The notes beneath the pieces were generated by a model, which did not search any database, had not been told where the DNA came from, and saw only the letters and a program-made list of their open reading frames with translations. A stretch of 64,000 nucleotides of DNA from a virus (Duplodnaviria > Caudoviricetes): positions 1 through 64,000 of the IMG/VR virus record IMGVR_UViG_3300030433_002124, one strand, 5' to 3'. The position numbers and the translations under genes were made by a program. Shown piece by piece: positions 28,924-38,890 of this stretch. Numbering within the stretch: position 1 is the stretch's first letter; each line of letters opens with the position of its first letter.

Positions 28924-28934
28924 ACTATAAGCTA

Positions 28935-29150
28935 ATGGCAAGACGTATTTCAAACTCAGAGTTACGCGAAGATATACTCGATATTAAGAAGGATGTAAGT
29001 GATCTTAAAAAAAGATTACTAGATCCGGATTTGGGAGTCGTGGCTAGAGTTAATAAAAATACGTCTTTTCGTCATAATGCTAATAAAGTATTATGGTCGA
29101 TCTGGGTAGCTATAGTAGGTATTCTGGCTAAATTAATGTTTTGGAATTAA
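28935..29150 (+). CDS. small coiled-coil + C-terminal TM protein (holin-like)
   Basis: ILDIKKDVSDLKKRL followed by hydrophobic VLWSIWVAIVGILAKLMFW; adjacent to a spanin-like gene. Confidence 0.45.
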   Translation: MARRISNSELREDILDIKKDVSDLKKRLLDPDLGVVARVNKNTSFRHNANKVLWSIWVAIVGILAKLMFWN

Positions 29151-29161
29151 TATTATATAAT

Positions 29162-29755
29162 ATGAAACTAGATCCGAAATGGATAGTAATAGGTTTATTA
29201 ATAGCCTATATACTATTTTTACAAGAGTGTGGATCTCCAAAAGGAGGTTCTGTAATTGAGACCGAAGTGACTACGGTTCAGACGGATACTATATATAAAA
29301 CAAGAATAGATACTGTTAAGTTTGTAGAAACAGTAGAAAGGATTGTAGAAGTAGAGATAGTCAAACCGGTTAAAGTAGAATTGCCGGATGATGTTTGGGA
29401 TGAATTTAATATCAATGAGTATAATAATCCATACTCCGATAGTTTAATAGATGGTACTATTTATACTAGAGTAGATGGAAAGTTATTAGATCAAAATCTA
29501 AGTTATACTCCAAAATTCCCCCAGTATATCATAAAAATAGATACTGTTATGGTTAATACAGTATCCTCTACTGTAAAAACATTAAAGCCACCATTTACTT
29601 TAGACCTGGGGGCTGAAATAGGAGGTAATAGAGATATGTTTAATTTCTCTCCTAAAATAGGATTTACAAGTAAGAGTGGGTTTTCCTATTCTTATAGATA
29701 TGGAATATTAAATAAAACTCACAATGTGGGGATAATGTATAAAATTAAATTTTAA
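29162..29755 (+). CDS. membrane-anchored protein, possible spanin
   Basis: N-terminal hydrophobic anchor WIVIGLLIAYILFLQEC, a DT-rich stalk, and C-terminal amphipathic beta-strands ending in YKIKF. The likely start is 29162. Confidence 0.45.
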   Translation: MKLDPKWIVIGLLIAYILFLQECGSPKGGSVIETEVTTVQTDTIYKTRIDTVKFVETVERIVEVEIVKPVKVELPDDVWDEFNINEYNNPYSDSLIDGTIYTRVDGKLLDQNLSYTPKFPQYIIKIDTVMVNTVSSTVKTLKPPFTLDLGAEIGGNRDMFNFSPKIGFTSKSGFSYSYRYGILNKTHNVGIMYKIKF

Positions 29756-29760
29756 TAATA

Positions 29761-30402
29761 ATGGGACTTTTAGATAAACATAAGAAAACAAGAGGAGCAT
29801 GGGGACAAAAGATAGTTCGTTCATCTTCTACTTATGGTAAAAACTTAGATCGAGTTATAGATCAAAATGAATTACTAACAGATATAGAAACTAAGTTTGC
29901 TGCACAAACAGATTTAACTAGTATAGAAACTTCGGTTAATTCTAATACAGCAACTGTTAATACACTGTCTGGTTTAACTAAGACACTTATATTTAATGGT
30001 ATAAGTGCTGCTAATATTAATGGTGTATTTAAATTAATAGAACCTACTACTGGAAAAGCTATTATACCTTTACATATGATTGTTACTGCAACAGCAGGTA
30101 GTAGTGCTGAGAGTGCTAATAAAGCTTTAGTATTAGCTTATGGTAATGGAGCTAATAATGGGTATGCTTTTACAGCGAGTAAATTTATGATGGGTACTGT
30201 TAATAATAGAATATATACAACACAAGTACACGCTAATGTAGGAGCTTATTCATTATTCGATAGTTTAGTAGGTCCAAAAGATGTAGCTTTGTATTTAAGA
30301 CCTAATAGTGGATCGTTTAATGGAAACTGGGTTCTAAATTCAGGTATTTTAATTTATGCAGAAGTCACTTATGATAATGTAGCTAAAACGTATTCACTTT
30401 AA
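29761..30402 (+). CDS. putative structural (head fiber/decoration-like) protein
   Basis: Short N-terminal coiled coil followed by a beta-rich domain. Confidence 0.45.
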   Translation: MGLLDKHKKTRGAWGQKIVRSSSTYGKNLDRVIDQNELLTDIETKFAAQTDLTSIETSVNSNTATVNTLSGLTKTLIFNGISAANINGVFKLIEPTTGKAIIPLHMIVTATAGSSAESANKALVLAYGNGANNGYAFTASKFMMGTVNNRIYTTQVHANVGAYSLFDSLVGPKDVALYLRPNSGSFNGNWVLNSGILIYAEVTYDNVAKTYSL

Positions 30403-30411
30403 TTTGTAACT

Positions 30412-31551
30412 ATGATATTACAATATACAATGCAGGGACAGCTGGTTGGTCGGTACCAAGATGTTTCTGAAGCTTCAACAAAAACCGATATAGATAATGG
30501 GAGTATACATAAAGTACTCCGAGGAGAAAGAGCTACAGCGGGTGGCTTTATGTGGAAGCAGGAAAATGAAGTAAATGAAAATGTTAGTTCTAATGAGCTT
30601 AAAGAAGCGATAAATGCTCAAGGACTAACTGAAGATGAAGTTAAGTCAGTTAAAATCTGGCAAACTATGAGCGGTGAGACACGTTACTCTATAGTAACTA
30701 GAGATGGTGGTAAAGCTGCTCAGAAATTTAAAGATGAGTTCTTTGAAAAACTGAAAACAATAGCTCCGGCTGAAATAGATCGTAAATATACTATGGTCGA
30801 TAATAATCCTATAGTATATGAAATATCTTTACCAGATATACATTATGGTAAAGAAACTAATGAAGATCTTAATACAGGTGAAGTGCATTTTATGAATTCT
30901 GTAAAAGAATTACATGCACGAGCAAAAGGATTAAATATACAGCGATTCTTATTACCAATAGGAAACGATGGTATGAATTCAGAAGGTATGAGAAAGACTA
31001 CAACTAAGGGAACACCTCAAAGTGATTCTGTAGATTGGCAAAAGTCTTTTATTGGGTATACTAAATTAATTATAGATGCTGCTAATTATTTAGCAGAGTA
31101 TGCTCCGGTAGATATTGTTATAGTACAAGGTAACCATGACTTTGAACGTATGTTTTATGCGGGAGAAGTTTTATCAGCTTGGTTTAAAAATGATAAAAAT
31201 GTAACAGTTGATAATGGTTTAGATAGTAGAAAATACTATGAGTACGGAGTAAATATGATTATGTTTACTCACGGTGATAAAGAAAAGGCTGCTGATATGC
31301 CATTAATAATGGCTACTGAACAGCCTATGATGTTCTCGAGAACTAAATTTAGAGAAGTTCATTGTGGACATTTACATAAAGAAATGGTAAACGAATATAG
31401 AGGAATTAAAGTAAGATTTATTCCTTCTATATGTGCAAATGATTCTTGGCACAAACTAATGGGTTATGAATCTTTGCGATGCGCACAAGCGTATATATGG
31501 AATAAGGAAAAGGGATGTGAAGGTTACTTACAAGTTAATATAGATAAATAA
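30412..31551 (+). CDS. NUMOD1-like DNA-binding domain fused to calcineurin-like metallophosphoesterase
   Basis: N-terminal ILQYTMQG...SEAS...SIHKVLRGERATAGGFMWK (NUMOD1/IENR1-like); metallophosphoesterase motifs DIHYG, GND, GNHD, HGD and GHLH. Confidence 0.85.
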   Translation: MILQYTMQGQLVGRYQDVSEASTKTDIDNGSIHKVLRGERATAGGFMWKQENEVNENVSSNELKEAINAQGLTEDEVKSVKIWQTMSGETRYSIVTRDGGKAAQKFKDEFFEKLKTIAPAEIDRKYTMVDNNPIVYEISLPDIHYGKETNEDLNTGEVHFMNSVKELHARAKGLNIQRFLLPIGNDGMNSEGMRKTTTKGTPQSDSVDWQKSFIGYTKLIIDAANYLAEYAPVDIVIVQGNHDFERMFYAGEVLSAWFKNDKNVTVDNGLDSRKYYEYGVNMIMFTHGDKEKAADMPLIMATEQPMMFSRTKFREVHCGHLHKEMVNEYRGIKVRFIPSICANDSWHKLMGYESLRCAQAYIWNKEKGCEGYLQVNIDK

Positions 31552-32306
31552 TGGCACTAACTTTAAATAAATTGGTTTATGATATTAAAAACATTGCTTA
31601 TGGTGGCATAACGTCTGATGATGCAAAGATAAGTGATAGACAGATTGCATATTGGGTAATGCAAGAGAGATCTATGCTTTTATCTCAGATTATGGGTAGA
31701 AAGATGAGAGTCGCTGCATCATGTATAGAAACGTTAGAAAGAGTGTTTTTAGAACCAGTAGATAGTGCGGAAGCTTGCGAAGTGGATTTGGGAATTCATG
31801 TACTAAAATCCGTTAAACCTATTCCAAGAACTGTACAACGAAATGAAAGAGATAGTATACTAGCTGTAGAATCTTTGGACGGGCAAAGAGCTTTTTCTGA
31901 GACTACTGCGTTTAGGACTAAGTGGAACAAGTATAATAAATATACAGGTTCTAAGAACAGGTGGTATATTAAGGATAGTTATCTATATGTTATATGTGAC
32001 TTACTAATTGAAGCCGTCAAAGTCACGGGAGTCTATGAAGACGCTGAGGAAGTATGGATGCATAATAGATGCTTAACTGAAATGGGAGGAATAGATTCAG
32101 AAAACTCTGACTATTTGAATACTCAATTTTTTGATTGTGAATACTCTTGGGATGAACCTTTTCCGATTTCCATGACTATAGCAGAAAATGTTACAAGTAT
32201 TGTTTTACAAAAAAGAATGCAGATAACATTAACTTTACCTAATGATGAAACTAATAACGCTAAAGGAGATGGAGAGCAAAACATGCAAGTCCCTGCAGGT
32301 AAATAG
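31551..32306 (+). CDS. tail ring/tubular protein
   Basis: LNKLVYDI...SDD...SDRQIAYW, CDLLIEAVKVTGVYED and FPIS motifs of crAss-like ring proteins. Confidence 0.7.
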   Translation: MALTLNKLVYDIKNIAYGGITSDDAKISDRQIAYWVMQERSMLLSQIMGRKMRVAASCIETLERVFLEPVDSAEACEVDLGIHVLKSVKPIPRTVQRNERDSILAVESLDGQRAFSETTAFRTKWNKYNKYTGSKNRWYIKDSYLYVICDLLIEAVKVTGVYEDAEEVWMHNRCLTEMGGIDSENSDYLNTQFFDCEYSWDEPFPISMTIAENVTSIVLQKRMQITLTLPNDETNNAKGDGEQNMQVPAGK

Positions 32307-32715
32307 TTGCACTTTAAAAAGTGCTTATAAAAGTTATGATGACTTTTATAATGTAGGATATAAAAAATACAGAGCGATCTGTGAAGACTTTAATAAGAAA
32401 ATTATTGATGATATTCTTATGAAAGCAAAAGAATTTAAAATGCCTTATAGGCTAGGAACTCTTAGAATAAAGAAAAAGAAAATGAATTATTCTAAGAAAA
32501 ATAAATTAAAAATTAATTGGGTTGAAACCAATAAACATAAGAAAGTTATTTATCATTTGAATGATCATACTGATGGATTTAATTACAGATGGTTTTGGTC
32601 GAAGATAAATGCAGTAGTAAAGAATAAAAGTGTATATAGCTTTCAGGCTACTCGTACTAATAAAAGACGATTAGCTGCATTATTAAAAAACAATGAAGTA
32701 GACTATTTTGAATGA
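32242..32715 (+). CDS. IHF/HU-like DNA-binding protein (crAss-type); start uncertain
   Basis: FKMPYRLGTLRIKKKK, INWVET, YHLNDHTDGFNYRWFW and YSFQATRTNKR; sits between ring genes as in crAss-like phages. Confidence 0.7.
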   Translation: MMKLITLKEMESKTCKSLQVNSCTLKSAYKSYDDFYNVGYKKYRAICEDFNKKIIDDILMKAKEFKMPYRLGTLRIKKKKMNYSKKNKLKINWVETNKHKKVIYHLNDHTDGFNYRWFWSKINAVVKNKSVYSFQATRTNKRRLAALLKNNEVDYFE

Positions 32716-33464
32716 TTTATAAATATGTATCAGTATATGAAATAATAGAAGGAGTATATAGAGACTCAGGTATCCAAGAAGAACTTGACATTTGGGATGT
32801 AATCGAATGGGCAGGAGAAGCATTAGAACTTATTGGGGCTGGAGTATCTTACGTAGAATTAATAGGTGAACTATGTGTACAAGATCACAAAGTTAAATTA
32901 CCTTGTAATTTTCATTCATTAGAACAGATTTCATATAACGGTATTCCACTATCTCAGTGCTCTGGAACATTCGGAGCGATTTCAACAACTTCTGGAAATG
33001 CTACTAAGAATACTATTGATGGTAAGGAAGTAGATGCTACTAACTTTCCATTAACGGATTCTCAAACTACAAGCGGTAATTGTTATTATATAAATGATAA
33101 TTTTATTGTTACGTCTTTTGACAAAGGATGTTTATTAATATCCTTTAAAGGTATAAATGTAGATAAAGAAGGTTTTCCTATGATACCTGATAACATTAGT
33201 TATAAAAAAGCTGTAAAGGCTTATATACAAACTATGGTAGATAGAATATGGTGGAGAAGAGGATCGTTACAAGAGGGTGTATATAGAGAGAGTCAAAGAG
33301 ATTGGGAATGGTATGTGAAACAAGCAAGAGGATCGGCAAGTATGCCTAATCTAGATCAAATGGAAAATCTTAAGAATCAATGGGTTAAATTAAAACCTAA
33401 CATGAATTCTTCAAGAACATTTTTTACTGATCTGGCTAGTCCTGAGCGCAGGAAAATTAACTAA
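32712..33464 (+). CDS. tail ring/tubular protein
   Basis: EWAGEALELIG, KVKLPCNF, GFPMIPDN and WEWYVKQA; directly upstream of the muzzle gene. Confidence 0.75.
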   Translation: MIYKYVSVYEIIEGVYRDSGIQEELDIWDVIEWAGEALELIGAGVSYVELIGELCVQDHKVKLPCNFHSLEQISYNGIPLSQCSGTFGAISTTSGNATKNTIDGKEVDATNFPLTDSQTTSGNCYYINDNFIVTSFDKGCLLISFKGINVDKEGFPMIPDNISYKKAVKAYIQTMVDRIWWRRGSLQEGVYRESQRDWEWYVKQARGSASMPNLDQMENLKNQWVKLKPNMNSSRTFFTDLASPERRKIN

Positions 33465-36400
33465 TGGCAGAAAAACAAAGACAACAGGGACCTCCTAGTA
33501 ATTCTTTTAATACCTTTATCAAGGGTATGAATAAAGATGTAGCTAAGTATATATTACCTCCAGATACTTATTATGATGGTGCAAATATTCGTATAGCTGC
33601 TCATCATTCTAAAGAGGGAGCAGCTGTAGTTAATATTGAAGGTAATCAATATATAACTACAATTCCTTGTTCTCCTAGAGTTCTTGCATTAGAAATGGAT
33701 GACCAAGTTGTTTTAAACAGTTATTGGGAAACTACATCTTGGAATGTTACATTTAATATTTATACAAATAATAATGTTTATAGCAGATCTTTTTCAGGTA
33801 TAGGAGGAAATATAGTTTCTGTTATATATCAAGCTTTAATAAGTCCTGCTCCTGGTTTTTTAACAAATGGAGTTCAATCCGGAAATGGATCATTACCGGA
33901 AGAATTAAAATTTTCTTATGATAATAGTAGATTTAGATTAACTTTTTGGAATACTGTAGGAGATCTAGAACTTAATAGTATTGCAGTAACAGGTGGTTAT
34001 ACAAATACTATTAATGTAGGTGGTAGAGAATGTGATCTAGAAATTATAGGATATACTACAATTAGAGATGATATTTATTTATTCACTACTTCTCATGATG
34101 GAGGTACTCCTGAAGCTGCTGGAGGATTAGGACAGATATGGAAATTAACATATGATCCTACATCATATGAAATAGAATGGACATGTGTTTATAATAATAA
34201 CACAATGAATCTTACTAAACAGCATCCTATACAAGCTATTGGTAGATATGAAAATAAAGATGAGCAAGGAGTTTATTGGACTGATTTTTTTAATCCTCCA
34301 AGAAAGCTTAACGTTGCGTCTCCAAATTCTATAGCTGTTGATTCTAGATTTTTGGATCTTTCTCCTGTAACTGAATTTCAAATTCCTACATTATCCGAAA
34401 TAACTATAGGAGGTACACTCCCTTCTGGTACTTATCAAATAGCTTATAGATATAAAAGTTTTGAAGGTTTAACATCTAATTGGTCTCCTTTAAGTAATAA
34501 AGTATCTTTATATGGAGATGAAGAAACAGATCCTTATTGTAATATAGAAGGAGGAGAAATAGATTTAGATGCAGCAGATTTACCTGGAACTGCTACAAGT
34601 AAACGTATTCAATGGGATCTTAAAGATTTAGATACATCTTATGATTTAATTGAATTTGGAGCTGTATATATGAAGACTAGTGGTTATGATCCATTATTAC
34701 ATCAGTATTATATTTTTCAAATAGCTCCTAATATATTAGAAGATATGTCTGTTGAATTAACAGGAAGTGAAGAAAAAATACCATTATCTCCTACCGAATT
34801 TCAAGAAGGTATTGGAGCAACATTCGAGAAAGTTAAAACTATAGCCTCAAGAGATAATAAATTATTTATGGGTAATATTGTAAATACTTCTTTTTATGTT
34901 GATTTTGATGCAAGAGCATATAGATTTGATGCAGGTAAAGCTAAAGCAAGATTAGATTCTGAATCAGATGTTACAGTTTTTATTGATGGTAACGCTCCTT
35001 TTGCAGATCAACCTGGTACTGAATTTACAGCTATTAATAAAGTACCTGAAACACATGATTGTATATGTCCATATAATGATGAAAATCCAGAAACAAACCC
35101 AGATTGGTTTGATGAAGATCAATATATATGGCAAGCAAACGGTGATATTTTAGGGGGTACTGGTCCTAATATTTCTTATCGATTTGTGACACAGGAATTA
35201 AAAGGAGACGATGCTCAATTTACAATGCAGCAATATAATAATTTTATAGGAGATGTATCTGGTTATGCGGGTGTCTCGTTAAGGTTAAATGATTGGACAA
35301 ATGATGTACTTAATAATTGTACTCCTTATCAACCCCCTCCACTAAATTCATGTTTAATAAATCCAAATGAAACTACAAATGTTACAGAAAATTTAGGAAT
35401 ACCTGGACAAACATATAATCAAAATAATACAATAGAAAACTTTAAAAGTAGTTATCAATATAGTTTATTTGAAGGATATGCAAGAGGAGAGACTTATAGG
35501 TTTGGTATTGTATTTTATAATAGTAAAGGATCTCCTAGTTTTGTTAATTGGATAGGAGACATTAAATTCCCTTTTAGTTATCAATATGATGCTGGTGAAG
35601 TTATAGGTCAATTTGCAGTACATAAATGGAAACCTGAAGGACAATTTAAACCATGGATGGATCATATAGGAGACTTTGGATTTAAGGGAGAAATGTGGTT
35701 ACAATCTTTAGGTATTGAATTTACAGTTGATTTATCTGGTTTAGATGTAGAAGGATTAGGAATAACTGGTTATTCTATTGTAAGATGTGAAAGAAAAGAA
35801 ACAGATAAATCTAAATTAGGTCAAGGTTTAGCTTGGCAAACAACTCATGTAAGAGCAAGAACTTCGGGTAGAGATAAAATTGATGAGGGTTATACAGGTT
35901 ATCCAGGATATGAATGGTTGGCTCCTTTACATAATTTAATTGTAGGTACTTTTAGTTGTTCTAATTATGGATTATTTTCTTTTGATCCTGGTACTGATGA
36001 TTTTGAAGATCCTGTTTATGATGCTTATGTAAGTCCTGGTGCAGAATGTGTTAGGATTGGTTTGACACAGCAAAAAGCATTATTATTATATGGTCCTTTA
36101 AATTGGGTCAATAGTCAATCAGATCAATTATATAATAGAGATTATAAAGTAGATTTTATAGGAGGAGATTATATTAAAATAGAATCTGTTTTTGCTCCAT
36201 TAGTTAATGGTGATTATGCAGAATTACCTAATTTTTCACCCGCTGGTTCAGGTTTAATAGTTTATACTAGTCTTGGTCCTTTTAATCTTCCTCAAAATGC
36301 ACAACGTACTGGACAGTGGTATAAATATTATTATCCACTAAGTATGAATGTAGGAACAGGATGGAATGATAATATAGGTTATTATAATGGATTACCTATG

Positions 36401-38836
36401 GCAGGAGATAGTCAAGATCCTCAATTCTTAAAGTTTCCATTAGAGTTTGCTCAGTGGGTTGGAGATGGAGGTCAAATTGAAAAAGAAGCTGATGTAGCTA
36501 TGCCTCATCCTTTTGTAAATATTACTAATGAAGGAGAACCTGCATATTCATTTGGAGATCCTACTAATGGATGTGGTATGTGTGGTAGGCCTAGATCTAT
36601 AGGAAGTGAAACTATGTTTTGTTTAACAACAGATGAACTTAATTTTAGAAATATGTTGATGGGAGCTCATTTACCTGCGACAGAACAAGGCCCTACTGTT
36701 GTAAGAACTGTTATGAATTACGAAAGATATGTAACACCTTACGGAGGACCTACTTATGCAGAGCGTAGTCGATCTATTTATATATTAGCTAATCATTATT
36801 ATCCTATAAATAAAACAATGCAGCAAATACCAGGTATGTTAGAAAATATGACTTCTAAAGTATTTGGAGGAGATGTTAGTGTTAATATATTTGATTATAC
36901 ACAACAAGAAAAAAATTGGGGACAAATACCAGGTTTTCCAGGTAAGTGGGGATTGGTAAATGCAAGTGGAGACTTTTTAGGATGTGCTCCTGATACTTTG
37001 GATGATAGTCTATATGGTATTATGAGAGGATGTGCAGTTCCTTTAGAAATACATACTGCTAATCCTGAGTATAGAAAAGGTTATCATTTTGCTTCTAAAG
37101 GAGGGGCTAATAATCCATATCCAGACGATGGTACATTTTTACATGATGAGTATAGAATATTAGATGGTTATATGGCTGTTACTAATGTAAGAACATATAT
37201 ACCTCAACCATTAGATTTTAATATTAATGAAGAGTTTGATACTCGAATCTATTATTCTAATACAAAAACAAATGGAGAATCATCAGATTCTTGGGCTGTA
37301 TTTAAAGTAGGTAATTTTCATGATGTAGAAGGTATTCAAGGTCCTTTAAATAATTTATTAGTACATCAAGATAAAATGTATTTCTTCCAAGATAAAGGGT
37401 TTGGGGTACTTAATATAAATCCAAATGCTATTGTACAAGCTGCAGATGGTACTGCTATACAATTAGGAACAGTATCTAGTGGTACTGGTGCATTTATACA
37501 ATCTTATCAATATATTTCTAATCAGTTTGGAGCTTCTCAGCAATGGGCTGTTACTAAAAGCCAAAGCTCAATTTATTTCTTTGATGCTTTACAAAAGAAA
37601 TTATTTAGTTTTAGTGCTGATGGAATGCAACCATTAACTGATATTATGGGATTAAGTGCATGGTTCCAAGATAAATTAAGAGGAGATGTAATTAAATTTG
37701 ATAATCCTATATTAAGACAAGGAGTAACTGCTACAGTAGACAATAGACATAATGAAGTTTTATTTTCATTTCATGATAAAAATGTAGATCAATTATATGA
37801 AACACAATTAATAGACTTACAACCTCTACCGTTTGGTGCTGGTATTTTAATTATATTAAGAGCTTTAGATCAATGTAATGATTGTTTTCATATAGAATGC
37901 CCGTGTAATTGTAGTGGCTTTTTTCCTAGTGACACTATGGAATATCCTAATCCTGAGCTTTGGTTTAATGGTCAAAATTTAGGAACTGGAGACATATTAG
38001 GAATTGTAGGGTGTCAAGACTTTATATCTCCTCAACCTCCTCTTCAATATGGTGATATGGTTTTAATATTTCCTTTTTTTGAAGTTAATGATTATAATCT
38101 AAATGTTAGTACTAATCCTATTATAGAAATGGTATGCCCAATAGGATCTGCTTCTTATACTGTTGCATATAATGAACTTGTTCGTGGGTTTACTTCTTTT
38201 TATGATTTTCATCCTTCTATATATGTAAATGATGGTAAAACTATTATAACTCCTAATACAGAAAATCTATGTTATAATTCTATGAATTATTGGAATCAAA
38301 GTTATATTAAGAATAATTTATACATACATGATATAGGATCTTATGGAACTTTTTATGATGTTACGTTAGCTTCTAGATTATCTTTAATATCTAATGAAGC
38401 ATCAGTAATGACTAAAAGTTTTGATAATGTTTCTTTTCACATGGAATCTTTACAAGTAGATGGAGAACCTCAATCAGAAGATTTTGATGTACAGTATGAT
38501 GTATTTGATAGAATAAGATTTTATACAGATTATCAAACTACAGGTTGGATAGAAACAAACACAGGTGATTATTATGGTGATAGAAATATAAGAAAAGTAG
38601 AAAGAGAATGGCAAATGACAGTACCTCGTAATGTTATGGCAGATAATCCTTTAAATATGGATTTATTTGATCCTACTAATTATGATTTAGATAGACCTTT
38701 TAAAGATAGGTTGAGAGATAAATACATGATTGTAGAATTAGAGTATGATAATTTAGATAATGTATCGGGAGCTGCTAAAAATGTGAAATTTATTTTACAT
38801 TATTTTAGAACCTTCTTTAGAGGTTCTTTCCGATAA
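33464..38836 (+). CDS. tail muzzle / stabilization protein
   Basis: 1790 aa. N-terminal NTFIKGMNKD, VYWTDFFNPPRKLN, RGETYRFGIVFY, FTSFYDF and C-terminal RLRDKY, all typical of crAss-like muzzle proteins. Confidence 0.85.
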   Translation: MAEKQRQQGPPSNSFNTFIKGMNKDVAKYILPPDTYYDGANIRIAAHHSKEGAAVVNIEGNQYITTIPCSPRVLALEMDDQVVLNSYWETTSWNVTFNIYTNNNVYSRSFSGIGGNIVSVIYQALISPAPGFLTNGVQSGNGSLPEELKFSYDNSRFRLTFWNTVGDLELNSIAVTGGYTNTINVGGRECDLEIIGYTTIRDDIYLFTTSHDGGTPEAAGGLGQIWKLTYDPTSYEIEWTCVYNNNTMNLTKQHPIQAIGRYENKDEQGVYWTDFFNPPRKLNVASPNSIAVDSRFLDLSPVTEFQIPTLSEITIGGTLPSGTYQIAYRYKSFEGLTSNWSPLSNKVSLYGDEETDPYCNIEGGEIDLDAADLPGTATSKRIQWDLKDLDTSYDLIEFGAVYMKTSGYDPLLHQYYIFQIAPNILEDMSVELTGSEEKIPLSPTEFQEGIGATFEKVKTIASRDNKLFMGNIVNTSFYVDFDARAYRFDAGKAKARLDSESDVTVFIDGNAPFADQPGTEFTAINKVPETHDCICPYNDENPETNPDWFDEDQYIWQANGDILGGTGPNISYRFVTQELKGDDAQFTMQQYNNFIGDVSGYAGVSLRLNDWTNDVLNNCTPYQPPPLNSCLINPNETTNVTENLGIPGQTYNQNNTIENFKSSYQYSLFEGYARGETYRFGIVFYNSKGSPSFVNWIGDIKFPFSYQYDAGEVIGQFAVHKWKPEGQFKPWMDHIGDFGFKGEMWLQSLGIEFTVDLSGLDVEGLGITGYSIVRCERKETDKSKLGQGLAWQTTHVRARTSGRDKIDEGYTGYPGYEWLAPLHNLIVGTFSCSNYGLFSFDPGTDDFEDPVYDAYVSPGAECVRIGLTQQKALLLYGPLNWVNSQSDQLYNRDYKVDFIGGDYIKIESVFAPLVNGDYAELPNFSPAGSGLIVYTSLGPFNLPQNAQRTGQWYKYYYPLSMNVGTGWNDNIGYYNGLPMAGDSQDPQFLKFPLEFAQWVGDGGQIEKEADVAMPHPFVNITNEGEPAYSFGDPTNGCGMCGRPRSIGSETMFCLTTDELNFRNMLMGAHLPATEQGPTVVRTVMNYERYVTPYGGPTYAERSRSIYILANHYYPINKTMQQIPGMLENMTSKVFGGDVSVNIFDYTQQEKNWGQIPGFPGKWGLVNASGDFLGCAPDTLDDSLYGIMRGCAVPLEIHTANPEYRKGYHFASKGGANNPYPDDGTFLHDEYRILDGYMAVTNVRTYIPQPLDFNINEEFDTRIYYSNTKTNGESSDSWAVFKVGNFHDVEGIQGPLNNLLVHQDKMYFFQDKGFGVLNINPNAIVQAADGTAIQLGTVSSGTGAFIQSYQYISNQFGASQQWAVTKSQSSIYFFDALQKKLFSFSADGMQPLTDIMGLSAWFQDKLRGDVIKFDNPILRQGVTATVDNRHNEVLFSFHDKNVDQLYETQLIDLQPLPFGAGILIILRALDQCNDCFHIECPCNCSGFFPSDTMEYPNPELWFNGQNLGTGDILGIVGCQDFISPQPPLQYGDMVLIFPFFEVNDYNLNVSTNPIIEMVCPIGSASYTVAYNELVRGFTSFYDFHPSIYVNDGKTIITPNTENLCYNSMNYWNQSYIKNNLYIHDIGSYGTFYDVTLASRLSLISNEASVMTKSFDNVSFHMESLQVDGEPQSEDFDVQYDVFDRIRFYTDYQTTGWIETNTGDYYGDRNIRKVEREWQMTVPRNVMADNPLNMDLFDPTNYDLDRPFKDRLRDKYMIVELEYDNLDNVSGAAKNVKFILHYFRTFFRGSFR

Positions 38837-38838
38837 TA

Positions 38839-38869
38839 TTTGGAAAATTAATAAAAATTATTATTTTTG
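38839..38869 (+). promoter_or_regulatory. Bacteroidota-type promoter upstream of cargo/vRNAP genes
   Basis: TTTG (38839-38842), 19-nt spacer, TATTTTTG (38862-38869). Confidence 0.75.
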
Positions 38870-38890
38870 TAAACTGGTAAAGTATAGTTA

